The notes: a model not told the origin generated them from the letters alone. A stretch of 63,789 nucleotides of DNA, filler included, from Nitrospinota bacterium (GCA_030620925.1; 11 parts of 11 records of this genome joined end to end with filler, not necessarily neighbours in it), one strand, 5' to 3'. Shown: positions 1 to 9,251, counted from the whole stretch's first letter. Numbers and translations are program-made.

Positions 1-263
1 GGTGATTTCCCTACATTTTGAATGACAAGTTTATTTGACAATTTATTTGAATCTTCATTAATATTGGTATTTATTTTTATAGTATTCACCCAGGGCCTCA
101 TATCTTTCTCAAACCGCTCTTTTGCTGCGTCAAAGCTTTTATCTGCCAATTTTTTTGTAGTTTTAAAGCTTCTATCTGCAAAAAGTAATGTGATTATCAA
201 ACATATCAAGATCCCAATATTAATAAACAATAGCCATTTATTTGTTCGATCCTTAGTTTCCAT
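1..263 (-). CDS. Hypothetical membrane-anchored protein, runs off the window start
   Basis: Hand translation METKDRTNKWLLFINIGILICLIITLLFADRSF...RPWV...QNVGKSP, open to position 1; GGGGGA RBS upstream; N-terminal TM helix; AT-rich. Confidence 0.6.
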   Translation of the reverse strand, partial: METKDRTNKWLLFINIGILICLIITLLFADRSFKTTKKLADKSFDAAKERFEKDMRPWVNTIKINTNINEDSNKLSNKLVIQNVGKS

Positions 264-342
264 ATCTGGTCCCCCAGCTTTATGATAGGTGTGAATTTCC
301 TGCCCGTCCTGGTAGTATATCCTCCCAACAAATTCGTGTGGT

Positions 343-1065
343 CTATTCTGGCGGTGCTTTCCAGATAACTTTCCCTTCCTTATCAAAAAGGACAAGGGAT
401 GATGGACTTCTTTTTATGACCGTACCCGTTTTAGGGACCTTCAAATCAGTGCTTCCAAGGACAGCACGAGTATTGTGTTCTTCATCGTTAAGTGTTATAT
501 AGTCCCTCCCAATAAAGGTGCGCGCATAGCCATCTTTATCATCAAGCGAAATATGAGAACTCCAAATTGAGGTGCTGGGATAGCCTGCCCCACCGTCAAG
601 CGATATATGAGAACTCCTAATAGTGGTGCCTAAATTGCCTTCCTCTATAATCAAAAGCGCGTTTCCTTTACCCTGAAGCGTTATATGAGAACCGCTAATA
701 TAGGTGCTATGGCCTCCTTCCTTGAACAAATAAATATAAGAATCCCCAAAAGAAATCGTTTCTTGGCCGTTGTTATCATTAAATGACATGCCTGGGTTAC
801 CAGCAGGCGCAAGACCAAAATTGAACCGATTTGTCCCTTCTTTATCATATAATACTAATTGTGGAGAATCGTGAACACCTAAGTAAAATGATGCTCTAAT
901 TTTATTATTTTGACCAACAAGATGAATCGCTTTTGTATTTATTTCCTTGCTGAAGGTGGCCTCGCCCGGTTTATCTTTTGCCTGTGTCTGCCCCAGGTCG
1001 GTAAATGTTGCCACTACCAACACTGCGAGCAGTGTGTAGATAATAAGTCTCTCTGCCTTACCCAT
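343..1065 (-). CDS. Exported hypothetical protein with internal beta-type repeats
   Basis: Signal peptide; repeated TxIxSSHISL-like units; C-terminal SSLVLFDKEGKVIWKAP; GGGGGAAAGGG RBS. Confidence 0.7.
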   Translation of the reverse strand: MGKAERLIIYTLLAVLVVATFTDLGQTQAKDKPGEATFSKEINTKAIHLVGQNNKIRASFYLGVHDSPQLVLYDKEGTNRFNFGLAPAGNPGMSFNDNNGQETISFGDSYIYLFKEGGHSTYISGSHITLQGKGNALLIIEEGNLGTTIRSSHISLDGGAGYPSTSIWSSHISLDDKDGYARTFIGRDYITLNDEEHNTRAVLGSTDLKVPKTGTVIKRSPSSLVLFDKEGKVIWKAPPE

Positions 1066-1118
1066 GATCCCTTTCCCCCCTCAGTTATGGAGCGGGCTTA
1101 TTCCGCTTGGTTTTAGAG

Positions 1119-1379
1119 TTAAGGCCTGGCCTCGATGTTGTCCAGGTTCTCCCTCACGATTCTGTTTGCCAATGAGCCATTATCCTCCGGTAGGATGTCG
1201 GCGTAAAGAGCCGTCATTGTGATGGAACTATGGCCTAATTGCTTTTGAGTGTAGCGGAGGTTGCCGGTGTCATGCAGCAGAAACGTAGCGTAAGTGTGGC
1301 GGGCGGAGTGGATGGAATAGTGAGCGGGTAAGCCAGCCTCCTCGCAGGCTCGTTTAAAGGATTTCTCCAGGGTATTTAC
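1119..1379 (-). pseudogene. Tyrosine recombinase/integrase C-terminal remnant
   Basis: Frame reads VNTLEKSFKRACEEAGLPAHYSIHSARHTYAT...KQLGHSSITMTALYAD...*, i.e. HxxRH, LGH and catalytic Tyr; no start codon and no N-terminal half. Confidence 0.85.
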
Positions 1380-1918
1380 CTTGGGATGACGGCCGCTGCG
1401 CCCGCTTCGAAGGCCCGGGCGTTTATCTTCAGTGCGGCGGCGCGCTTTTCTCCGAAAAACTTTTTCAGGGCCTTTTTGAGCGCGTCCAGAGAGACCGCCC
1501 CGCTGGCCTCCGCGTATCCCCCCAGCAAGATCATGTTTACCACCCGCTCGTCGCCCAGCTCACGGGCGATTTCTCCGGCCGGGATGTAGAAGGCTTTCAG
1601 GTCCACACGGTCCGGTTTTCTGTCTATCAGGGAGCTGTTGAGCAGCAGGAGGCCATTCTTCATGACTACGGCTTCGAACCTCTCCAGCGAAGGGTTGTTG
1701 AAGACCATCGCCGCCCCCGGTTCGGAAGTCACCGGTGAGTCTATGCGCTTGTCTGAGACTATCACCGTGCAGTTGGCCGTTCCACCCCGTATCTCGGCGC
1801 CGTAGGAGGGGAAGAAGGTGGTGTATTTGTTCTCGAACACCGCCGCCTGGGCCAGTATCTTGCCGGCCAGAAGAACGCCCTGTCCCCCGAAACCGGCTAT
1901 TATTACCTCGCTCTGCAT
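1376..1918 (-). CDS. 2-oxoacid:ferredoxin oxidoreductase gamma subunit (copy 2)
   Basis: AGFGGQG, PSYGAEIRGGTANC and VNMILLG motifs. Confidence 0.92.
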   Translation of the reverse strand: MQSEVIIAGFGGQGVLLAGKILAQAAVFENKYTTFFPSYGAEIRGGTANCTVIVSDKRIDSPVTSEPGAAMVFNNPSLERFEAVVMKNGLLLLNSSLIDRKPDRVDLKAFYIPAGEIARELGDERVVNMILLGGYAEASGAVSLDALKKALKKFFGEKRAAALKINARAFEAGAAAVIPR

Positions 1919-2001
1919 CTAAAGTCTCCTTGAGCTGACCTCGGCCATGCCCGCGAAACCGGATTTTTACCGACAGACAGCGATATCTGAGCTGAACGAC
2001 C

Positions 2002-2538
2002 TTATGACGACGCGCTCGCTCCCGCATCGAGAGCGCGCTCGTTCATTTCGATGATTGAAGCGCGTTTTTCACCGAAAAATTTGAGCAGGGCCTGCTTGAG
2101 CGAATCCAGGGAGACAGCGCCGCAGGTCTGAGCGTAACCGCCCAGCATTATCATGTTCACCACCCGCTCGTCGCCCAGCTCGTGCGCCATGTCGTTGGCC
2201 GGTAAGTATATGACCCGGAGGTCGGTCCTCTCCGTGTTTCTGTTCACCATGGAGCTGTTCACCAGGAGAAGACCTTCAGGAGCTATCGCCGCCTCGTATT
2301 TGTCCAGGGAAGGGTTGTTGAAGACCACCGCCGCTTCGGGTCGGGAAGTCACCGGCGAGTCTATGCGCTTATCTGAAACTATCACCGTGCAGTTGGCCGT
2401 CCCACCCCGTATCTCCCCGCCGTAAGAGGGGAAGAAGGTGACGTTCTTTTCCTCCGTCACCGCCGCCTGGGCAAGCACCCTCCCCGCCAGGAGGATACCC
2501 TGCCCGCCGAATCCTGCGAATACGACTTCGCCGCTCAT
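2002..2538 (-). CDS. 2-oxoacid:ferredoxin oxidoreductase gamma subunit (copy 1)
   Basis: AGFGGQG and PSYGGEIRGGTANC; ATG at 2538 with GGAGG RBS just after the beta-subunit stop. Confidence 0.92.
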   Translation of the reverse strand: MSGEVVFAGFGGQGILLAGRVLAQAAVTEEKNVTFFPSYGGEIRGGTANCTVIVSDKRIDSPVTSRPEAAVVFNNPSLDKYEAAIAPEGLLLVNSSMVNRNTERTDLRVIYLPANDMAHELGDERVVNMIMLGGYAQTCGAVSLDSLKQALLKFFGEKRASIIEMNERALDAGASASS

Positions 2539-2539
2539 C

Positions 2540-3298
2540 TCAGCCTCCACTTTCGTCTTTGAGTATCCCCAGGGGGAACACCGGCATCATGTTCTCCTCG
2601 ATCCAGGCGCAACTGTCCACCGGCTCAATCTTCCAGTTGGTGGGGCATTGAGAAAGAATTTCGACGATGGAGAACCCTTCTCCGGCGAGCTGCACCTCGA
2701 AGGCTTTTTTGATGGATTTCCGGGTGGCCACCAGGCTCTTGTAGTCGTGCACCGACTGGCGGGCGACGTATTTCGCCCCGTCGATGGTGGCCAGCATTTC
2801 GGATATTTTGAGTGGCGAGCCGCAATGAGCGGGGTCGCGCCCTTCGGGGGTGGTGGTGGTGATCTGGCCTTCGAGCGTGGTGGGGGCCATCTGCCCGCCG
2901 GTCATGCCGTAGTTGGCGTTGTTCACGAAGATGGTGGTGAATTTCTCCCCCCGGTGGGCGGCGTGGATTATCTCCGCGATGCCTATGGAGCCCAGGTCGC
3001 CGTCGCCCTGATAGGTGAACACCAGGGTGTCGGGCATGGACCGCTTGAAGCCGGTGGCCACCGCCGGAGCCCGTCCGTGCAGCGTGTATATCCAGTCCAG
3101 GTTGAAAAAGGGATAGGAGACGCAGGAGCACCCCACGCCGAAAATGGCCACGGTGTCGCCCGCCATCCCGAATTCGTCTATGACCTCACAGACCAGCCGG
3201 TGTATCAGGCTATGGCCGCAGCCGGGGCAGTAGTAGTATGGAACACCGGTGAGGGTGTCCGGCTTTCCGAAAACCTTGGTTTTTGCCGCCGCTTCCAA
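2540..3298 (-). CDS. 2-oxoacid:ferredoxin oxidoreductase beta (TPP-binding) subunit, Vor/Kor type
   Basis: YCPGCGH, GVGC, HGRA, YQGDGD, NNANYGMTGGQMAPTT, CPTNW. Confidence 0.95.
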   Translation of the reverse strand: MEAAAKTKVFGKPDTLTGVPYYYCPGCGHSLIHRLVCEVIDEFGMAGDTVAIFGVGCSCVSYPFFNLDWIYTLHGRAPAVATGFKRSMPDTLVFTYQGDGDLGSIGIAEIIHAAHRGEKFTTIFVNNANYGMTGGQMAPTTLEGQITTTTPEGRDPAHCGSPLKISEMLATIDGAKYVARQSVHDYKSLVATRKSIKKAFEVQLAGEGFSIVEILSQCPTNWKIEPVDSCAWIEENMMPVFPLGILKDESGG

Positions 3299-3350
3299 TT
3301 TTCTCCCTCCTATATGGATAAACGTCGAGAGTTTTATACGGTTAAATGCA

Positions 3351-4421
3351 TCAGGATGCCAGTTTCACTATTTCGTCGTAGATGTCGATAGGGGTGAAGA
3401 CCGTCCCCACTTTGCCGTAAAAAGATATATCCCCCTGACCTTCGGCGGCGAGCCGGACGTCCTCTATCATCTGCCCCCCGCTGGCCTCTACCACCAGTGT
3501 CTTCCCTGCGGCGGAAACTAATTCCTTGGTCCTTTGGTAAGGGAAAGGGAAAAGGGTGATAGGCCGCATCATACCCACCTTTATCCCTTCGCCGCGGGCC
3601 TGCTCGATCGCCGAACGGGCTATCCGGGCAGTGGAGCCGTAGGCCACCAGGAGATACTCCGCGTCCTCCGTGGTGGTCTCCTCGAAGCGCAATTCCTCTT
3701 TCTGTAGCAGGCTGTTAAGCTCGGCCGCCTCGTCCTGGTAGGCTTGAAAATAGTTGATGGGAGTGTACCCTTTGAGGAGGATGGGGATCATGCGCGGCTC
3801 CCGCTGGTTCTTGTGGCCGGTGGTCGCCCAGTCCTTGGGCGGCAGGTCTCCCTCGGGGATGCGTTTCATTTCGATGGGTTCCAGCATCTGCCCCAGTATG
3901 GCGTCGGTGAGCATGAGGATCACCAGGCGGTACTTATCCGCCAGGTAGAAGCTGGTCTGCATGAGGTCGAATATCTCCTGCACCGTAGAGGGTGCAAGGA
4001 CCATTTTAATGTAGCCCCCGTGCCCGCCGCCTTTGGTGGCTTGCAGGTAGTCCAGTTGAGAGGGGCCGATACCTCCGCCGCCCGGCCCTTCACGCATCAC
4101 GTTCACCACCACGCAGGGAAGCTGGGCCGCCGCCAGGGCGGAAATGCCTTCCTGCATGAGGCTGATGCCAGTGCTGGATGAAGTGATGAGCGCCCGCTTC
4201 CCGGCACAGGCCGCGCCGTAGATCATGTTTATGGCCGCCACTTCACTCTCCGCCTGAACGAAGATGCCACCCGCTTTCGGCATCTCGCGGGACATGAACT
4301 CCGGCACTTCGTTCTGCGGCGTGATGGGGTAGCCGAAGTAATATTTGCAACCCGCCGTGATGGCGCCGTAGCCCAGCGCCTCGTTACCGCTTACAAGCTC
4401 GCTTTCCATCTTTAGCTCCAT
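3351..4421 (-). CDS. 2-oxoacid:ferredoxin oxidoreductase alpha subunit (2-ketoisovalerate/Vor-like)
   Basis: GNEA, GYPITPQ, QAESEVAA, TSSSTGISL; the start may be ATG 4409. Confidence 0.93.
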   Translation of the reverse strand: MELKMESELVSGNEALGYGAITAGCKYYFGYPITPQNEVPEFMSREMPKAGGIFVQAESEVAAINMIYGAACAGKRALITSSSTGISLMQEGISALAAAQLPCVVVNVMREGPGGGGIGPSQLDYLQATKGGGHGGYIKMVLAPSTVQEIFDLMQTSFYLADKYRLVILMLTDAILGQMLEPIEMKRIPEGDLPPKDWATTGHKNQREPRMIPILLKGYTPINYFQAYQDEAAELNSLLQKEELRFEETTTEDAEYLLVAYGSTARIARSAIEQARGEGIKVGMMRPITLFPFPYQRTKELVSAAGKTLVVEASGGQMIEDVRLAAEGQGDISFYGKVGTVFTPIDIYDEIVKLAS

Positions 4422-4629
4422 TAGTTTAAACAGTGTGTTCAGAGTTTGGAACTATCCTCCCTGTATAATAGCCTTTAGATTCTAAATCTTATATACTGAG
4501 GCGTCAAACTAAAAGCGCCTTGTGAAAACCCTTCTTTTCCGCCCCGAATGCTTCAATACGCGGGGTTTATCCGTGGTTTAAGGGAACCATCACGCCTACC
4601 GCGTGACGTTCCGCTGATAGACACAGATA

Positions 4630-5150
4630 ATAATACAAGGGCGACCAGCCCCGGCAGGCGGGGTCGTAGGGGCGTATTGCATACGCCCAATAGGGCGGGT
4701 TTGAAACCCGCCCCTACGCAGCATCATGTCATTCTGAGCGAAGCGAAGAATCTCGCCTGCCATGGCAAGCCCGCTTTCTTATGCTCTTTTCAAATCCCCC
4801 CTCCCCTTAATCCCCTCAACCGGAATGCCCCGCGGAAGGCTCGGTCCAAGGGAGGGGAAATTTGGCCACTTAAAAGATTTCTCAACGAAGAATCGTTGAA
4901 TGAATACGAAAAGGGAAGTATTAGGTCTCCTACCCCTTGACCCCGCCTCCCGCAGGGCAGGGATGAGGGGGTATACAAAAAACAGAAAAGAAAACAGGAT
5001 TTATACGTTCAGGCGAGATTTTTCATCCAGCGGCAGTGGGGACTGCGCCTCTTTCGGGCAGGGCAATCCCGCCACACGCGGGACTACCCCTACGGCCGTA
5101 GAATGTTTTGGGCAACGTCTCGTAGGGGCGGGTTTCAAACCCGCCCATTG
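4630..5150. repeat. Cluster of REP-like palindromes from several families
   Basis: GTAGGGGCGTATTGCATACGCCC (4666), GGGCGGGTTTGAAACCCGCCCCTAC (4693), TGTCATTCTGAGCGAAGCGAAGAATCT (4727), CCCCTTAATCCCCTC...GGAGGGG (~4800), GTAGGGGCGGGTTTCAAACCCGCCC (5122). Confidence 0.85.
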
Positions 5151-5354
5151 TATATTTAACTCGCATGTTATGTTACCCTGTATGTTGGTGTTATAGGCGT
5201 GACAGACCGTCCGCCCCTTGGGATGTAATAAGCCCGTATTGCAGCGGGATCGCCCCTATTGTTCAATTTCCTTCCGTTTCGAGTTACCTTTTCCCATGAG
5301 ATCCGGGGCGGAAGCAGGGAATGATTATATCTTTGACGGAGAACGGATAAAGGC

Positions 5355-6239
5355 ATGAGCGACACGAGAGAGGAGAAGAGTGAATCCCGGTCGGCGATCC
5401 TGCTGATCCACTGCCCGGATAAGAAGGGCCTGGTGGCTTCAGTTACCGAGTTTATATATAAAAACAACGGTAACATCATTTCCCTGGACGAGCATGTAGA
5501 CGCCCGGAAACAGGTCTTTTTCATGCGCGTCGAATGGGAATTAATGGATTTTGCCATACCGGCGGAGAAGATCGGTGAGGAATTTCAGGCCTCAATAGCC
5601 GATACATTCGGGATGGATTGGAGGCTGCACTTTTCGGATGAGACTCCCCGCGTCGCCATCTTCGTGTCCAAATTGCCCCACTGTTTGTATGACATTCTGT
5701 CCCGCAGCCAGTATGAGAAATGGAACGCCGAGGTGCCGCTGATCATAAGCAACCATCCGGACCTTGAGCCGGTTGCGGAGCGGTTCGGCATCGACTACCA
5801 CGTTTTCCCCGTCACCAAAGCCAACAAGCAGGAGCAGGAAGAAAAGCAACTGGCGCTTTTGAAAGAGCACGATATTGATTTTATCGTGCTGGCCCGCTAC
5901 ATGCAAGTATTGACCGATGAGTTCGTCGCCAACTATCCCAACCGGATAATCAACATCCATCATTCTTTTCTGCCCGCCTTCCCGGGGGCCAAGCCCTACC
6001 ACTCAGCTTACGAACGGGGAGTGAAGATCATCGGGGCCACCTGCCATTACGTTACCGCCGATCTGGATGCAGGCCCGATTATCGAGCAGGACGTTGTGCG
6101 CGTGAGCCATCAGGATGCGGTGGAAGACATGGTAAGGAAGGGGCAGGACCTGGAGAAGGTCGTCCTCTCGCGGGCGGTCTGGTATCACCTCAAACGGAAG
6201 GTCCTGGTCTACGACAACCGCACCATCGTTTTCACCTGA
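5355..6239 (+). CDS. purU: Formyltetrahydrofolate deformylase
   Basis: N-terminal ACT domain CPDKKGLVA; LARYMQVL; INIHHSFLPAFPGAKPY; DLDAGPIIEQ. Confidence 0.97.
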   Translation: MSDTREEKSESRSAILLIHCPDKKGLVASVTEFIYKNNGNIISLDEHVDARKQVFFMRVEWELMDFAIPAEKIGEEFQASIADTFGMDWRLHFSDETPRVAIFVSKLPHCLYDILSRSQYEKWNAEVPLIISNHPDLEPVAERFGIDYHVFPVTKANKQEQEEKQLALLKEHDIDFIVLARYMQVLTDEFVANYPNRIINIHHSFLPAFPGAKPYHSAYERGVKIIGATCHYVTADLDAGPIIEQDVVRVSHQDAVEDMVRKGQDLEKVVLSRAVWYHLKRKVLVYDNRTIVFT

Positions 6240-6522
6240 TGGGGAGGGCGGAAGCTCGGAAGAAAGAGATGCCCTCACTCATATCAGAAAGTAGAACCCG
6301 GAAAGGCCCTCTTCGGCAGACCTTCGGTGATTACCGGTTATCGTTAATGCACAATCCATGGTTCTCAACCGTCTGAAACCCCCTCATTTCAAGCAAATCA
6401 AAAAAAACCTTCCGGTTGTTAAAAAAAATTGCGCGAGGGTATTTACAAAACACATATATTGCATATATTAATAGTTGTAGTTAACAATAATTGTAAATAC
6501 ACAACACACGGGAGATAGAAAA

Positions 6523-6655
6523 ATGAGACGGTATTTAGGAATCGCAGCACTTTCACTAGCGCTGGCCTTTGGGTTCAGCATGGTCACTGCTAACATCGTA
6601 TCCGCCGAAGGTTTCGGCTACCCCGAAGAGCTTGAGATTGTGTCGGAAGAGGCTA
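6523..6655 (+). CDS. Secreted protein, N-terminus only (contig end)
   Basis: GGGAG RBS; signal peptide MRRYLGIAALSLALAFGFSMVTANIVSA. Confidence 0.65.
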
Positions 6656-6755
6656 NNNNNNNNNNNNNNNNNNNNNNNNNNNNNNNNNNNNNNNNNNNNT
6701 TAATTAATTAANNNNNNNNNNNNNNNNNNNNNNNNNNNNNNNNNNNNNNNNNNNN
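6656..6755. other. Artificial contig spacer (first of ten)
   Basis: N-run with a central TTAATTAATTAA six-frame stop linker; recurs at 12998, 19067, 23916, 27313, 38663, 43083, 46269, 50703 and 60419. Confidence 0.99.
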
Positions 6756-6800
6756 ATCCTCTCCAATCCCGAAATTCGGGCCCTTTACCTCGGCGGATAA
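6756..6800 (+). CDS. C-terminus of branched-chain amino acid ABC ATP-binding protein (LivF-like)
   Basis: ILSNPEIRALYLGG* is a typical LivF ending; lies upstream of livH/livM. Confidence 0.75.
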   Translation: MLSNPEIRALYLGG

Positions 6801-6869
6801 ACCAAAAACCCTTATCATGTTTGGTAGAAAGTATTACTTAGTGGGAGCGCCTTCCAAGATAAAGAAAAT

Positions 6870-7040
6870 CGGGGCACGGCAAGCAGTGCCCCTACAAAAA
6901 ATTGTCTATTAGAGCGGCTGTCATCTCCTCCCCCGTGAGGGGGGAGGATTTAAGGTGGGGGTGATCAGAATATTTGAGACACCCTCTCTCAATCCCTCCA
7001 GCGGAATGCCCCGCGGCAGGCGGGATCAAGGGAGGGATAA
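6870..7040. repeat. REP-like palindrome cluster
   Basis: GGGGCACGGCAAGCAGTGCCCCTAC; GGGGAGGATTTAAGGTGGGGGTGA; CCCTCCAGCGGAATGCCCCGCGGCAGGCGGGATCAAGGGAGGG. Confidence 0.8.
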
Positions 7041-7124
7041 TAAAAGGTGAACAGCCTGATTTATTGATTGAATCGATGTTCTTGTATTCTAATTGACATT
7101 TTCGGTTCAGTAAGGTTCAGGGCA

Positions 7125-7991
7125 ATGGCGCAACTGCTGGTAAAAGGTAGAGTTCTGGGCAGTATAATAGTCCTGGGGGCCATAGGGCTCTCCCTGGTCT
7201 ACGGCATCCTGAAATTCGCCAACTTCTCCCACGGCGACCTGATAGCCCTGGGGGCTTATCTGGCCTTCTTCTTTAAGTTCGCTCTGGGGCTGCCACTGCT
7301 GCCCGCCGCCGCGGCGGCGGTGGCTGCCACGGCGGCGGCCGCTCTGCTCATAGACAAAATTCTTTATCGCCCCCTGAGGCGCACGAGAAGCCCGGTAATA
7401 CTTCTCATATCCTCCGTGGGCGTGGCGCTCATCCTGAGGAACCTCATCCGCCTGTTCTGGGGTCCGCAGATACGCTACTACAGCCGAGAGATACAGATAG
7501 CGCTGACGCTTCCGGGCGGCGTAAAGATAAAGCCGGACCAGATATTGATACTGGCGGTGGCCGCGGCGCTGGTAGTGGGCGTGCATCTGTTCCTCACCAG
7601 GACTCGTACCGGTGTGGCCATGCGCGCCGCCTCGGATAACCTGGAGCTGGCCCTGGTTACCGGCATAGACATAAACAGAGTGGTGCTGTGGACCTGGCTT
7701 ATGGGTGTATCCCTGGCCGCGGTGGGCGGCGTGCTGCTGGGAATCGACGTGCAGCTCCGGCCGGTCATGGGCTGGAACCTGCTCCTGCCCATCTTCGCCG
7801 CCACCATCCTGGGGGGTATCGGCAGCCCTTACGGCGCCATGGCCGGGGGCATGATAATGGGTATTGCTCAGGAGCTCTCCACGGCTTTCCTATCCACTGC
7901 GTATAAACCGGCCTTCGCTTTTCTCATAATGCTGGTGGTGCTCCTGTTCAGGCCTTCGGGCATTTTCGGGGTGAGCAGCAAATGGAACTGA
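7125..7991 (+). CDS. livH: Branched-chain amino acid ABC transporter permease
   Basis: GLSLVYGILKFANFSHGD, TRTGVAMRA, ILGGIGS, LLFRPSG. Confidence 0.9.
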   Translation: MAQLLVKGRVLGSIIVLGAIGLSLVYGILKFANFSHGDLIALGAYLAFFFKFALGLPLLPAAAAAVAATAAAALLIDKILYRPLRRTRSPVILLISSVGVALILRNLIRLFWGPQIRYYSREIQIALTLPGGVKIKPDQILILAVAAALVVGVHLFLTRTRTGVAMRAASDNLELALVTGIDINRVVLWTWLMGVSLAAVGGVLLGIDVQLRPVMGWNLLLPIFAATILGGIGSPYGAMAGGMIMGIAQELSTAFLSTAYKPAFAFLIMLVVLLFRPSGIFGVSSKWN

Positions 7992-8926
7992 CGGGGATAC
8001 TGGCTTACACGACATTCTTCGCCATAACCGCGGGTATCTACGCCCTCCTCTGTCTGGGGCTCAACGTGCAGTGGGGGAACACCGGCCTGTTCAATATCGG
8101 TGTCGCCGGCTTTTTCGCAATCGGGGCCTATACCTCGGCCATCCTCACCAAAATTCCAGCGGCTGAGCATCTGGGCGGCCTGGGGATGCCATTTCTGCTG
8201 GGTTTGGCGGGTGCGGGGGCCGTATCCGGGTTCATAGCCTTTCTGCTGGCGTTCCCCACCCTGCGCCTCAAGGAGGACTACCTGGCCATCGCCACCATAG
8301 GCATCGCCGAGTCCATCCGCCTGGTGTTCAACAACGAAGACTGGCTCTCCAACGGCACCCGGGGCATACGGGCCATCCCCCAGCCCCTGCACGAAGCCAT
8401 CGGCTTCGACTACAACTACTTTTACCTGGTGGTGGTCTTCCTGACGGTGTTGCTGGTATATCTCGCCCTGGAACGCGCCCTCAAATCACCATGGGGCAGA
8501 GTGCTCAGGGCCATCCGGGAGGACGAGGTGGTGGCCGCCGCCGCCGGCAAGAACGTTTTCAATTTCAAGATGCAGTCACTGGTACTGGGGTCGGTCATCA
8601 TGGGTATGGCCGGCGCCCTCTACGCTCATCAGATAAAGTTCATAAGCCCCGAAGCCTTCGAACCCTGGCAGGCAACCTTCATCGTGTGGGTGATGCTCAT
8701 CGTCGGCGGAAGCGGAAACAACCGGGGCGCCGTCCTGGGCGCATTCGTGGTGTGGGGCGTGTGGACGGGTACTGAGTTCATCACAGATCTCTTACCCGCC
8801 GCACTGCAGGCGCGGGCGGGCGCCCTGAGGGTCATAATAATCGGGGTGCTCCTGGAAGTGATACTGCTGTGGCGGCCTGGGGGCATACTCGGCCGGCGCG
8901 CATCACCCGGGCAAGAAAACGAATAA
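7982..8926 (+). CDS. livM: Branched-chain amino acid ABC transporter permease
   Basis: LGLNVQWGNTGLFNIG, LRLKEDYLAIAT, SPWGRVLRAIREDE. Confidence 0.9.
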   Translation: MELTGILAYTTFFAITAGIYALLCLGLNVQWGNTGLFNIGVAGFFAIGAYTSAILTKIPAAEHLGGLGMPFLLGLAGAGAVSGFIAFLLAFPTLRLKEDYLAIATIGIAESIRLVFNNEDWLSNGTRGIRAIPQPLHEAIGFDYNYFYLVVVFLTVLLVYLALERALKSPWGRVLRAIREDEVVAAAAGKNVFNFKMQSLVLGSVIMGMAGALYAHQIKFISPEAFEPWQATFIVWVMLIVGGSGNNRGAVLGAFVVWGVWTGTEFITDLLPAALQARAGALRVIIIGVLLEVILLWRPGGILGRRASPGQENE

Positions 8927-9044
8927 AATGCTTTACCGCTGAGAAATCAGCAGTCTTTTTCAATTGCAAAGCGGTTTTATGGAGTATAATTTTAAGATAG
9001 CGCTATCTATTCCAAGCGTTTTTCTTGAATGTAAGGAGCCCGTA

Positions 9045-9251
9045 ATGGAAGGCACATTTACTGCCGTGTTTCAAAAGGTCGACGATTGGTACGTAGGGTA
9101 CGTGGAAGAACTGCCGGGCGCAAATACTCAGGGGAAAACCCTTGAAGAGGCACGTGAGAATCTCCATGAAGCGATACAGCTGGTTATAAAATCCAACAGA
9201 GAATTAACTGAGAAAGAATTGTCCGGCAAAGATATTATTCGCACGGAGTGA
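9045..9251 (+). CDS. hicB: HicB-family antitoxin, orphan, 3' end abutting a REP half
   Basis: GYVEELPGANTQGKTLEEARENLHEAI; AAGGAG RBS before ATG 9045. Confidence 0.8.
   Translation: MEGTFTAVFQKVDDWYVGYVEELPGANTQGKTLEEARENLHEAIQLVIKSNRELTEKELSGKDIIRTE

Noticed and set aside
4630-5150. Possible CRISPR array
   Set aside because: The repeats are heterogeneous and irregularly spaced, with no constant repeat-spacer period and no cas genes.
4548-5196. ORFs 4548-4940, 4790-4978 and 4900-5196
   Set aside because: Translations of REP palindromes (RAGLKPAPT, HVILSEAKNL, VGAGFKPA) with no RBS or domain.
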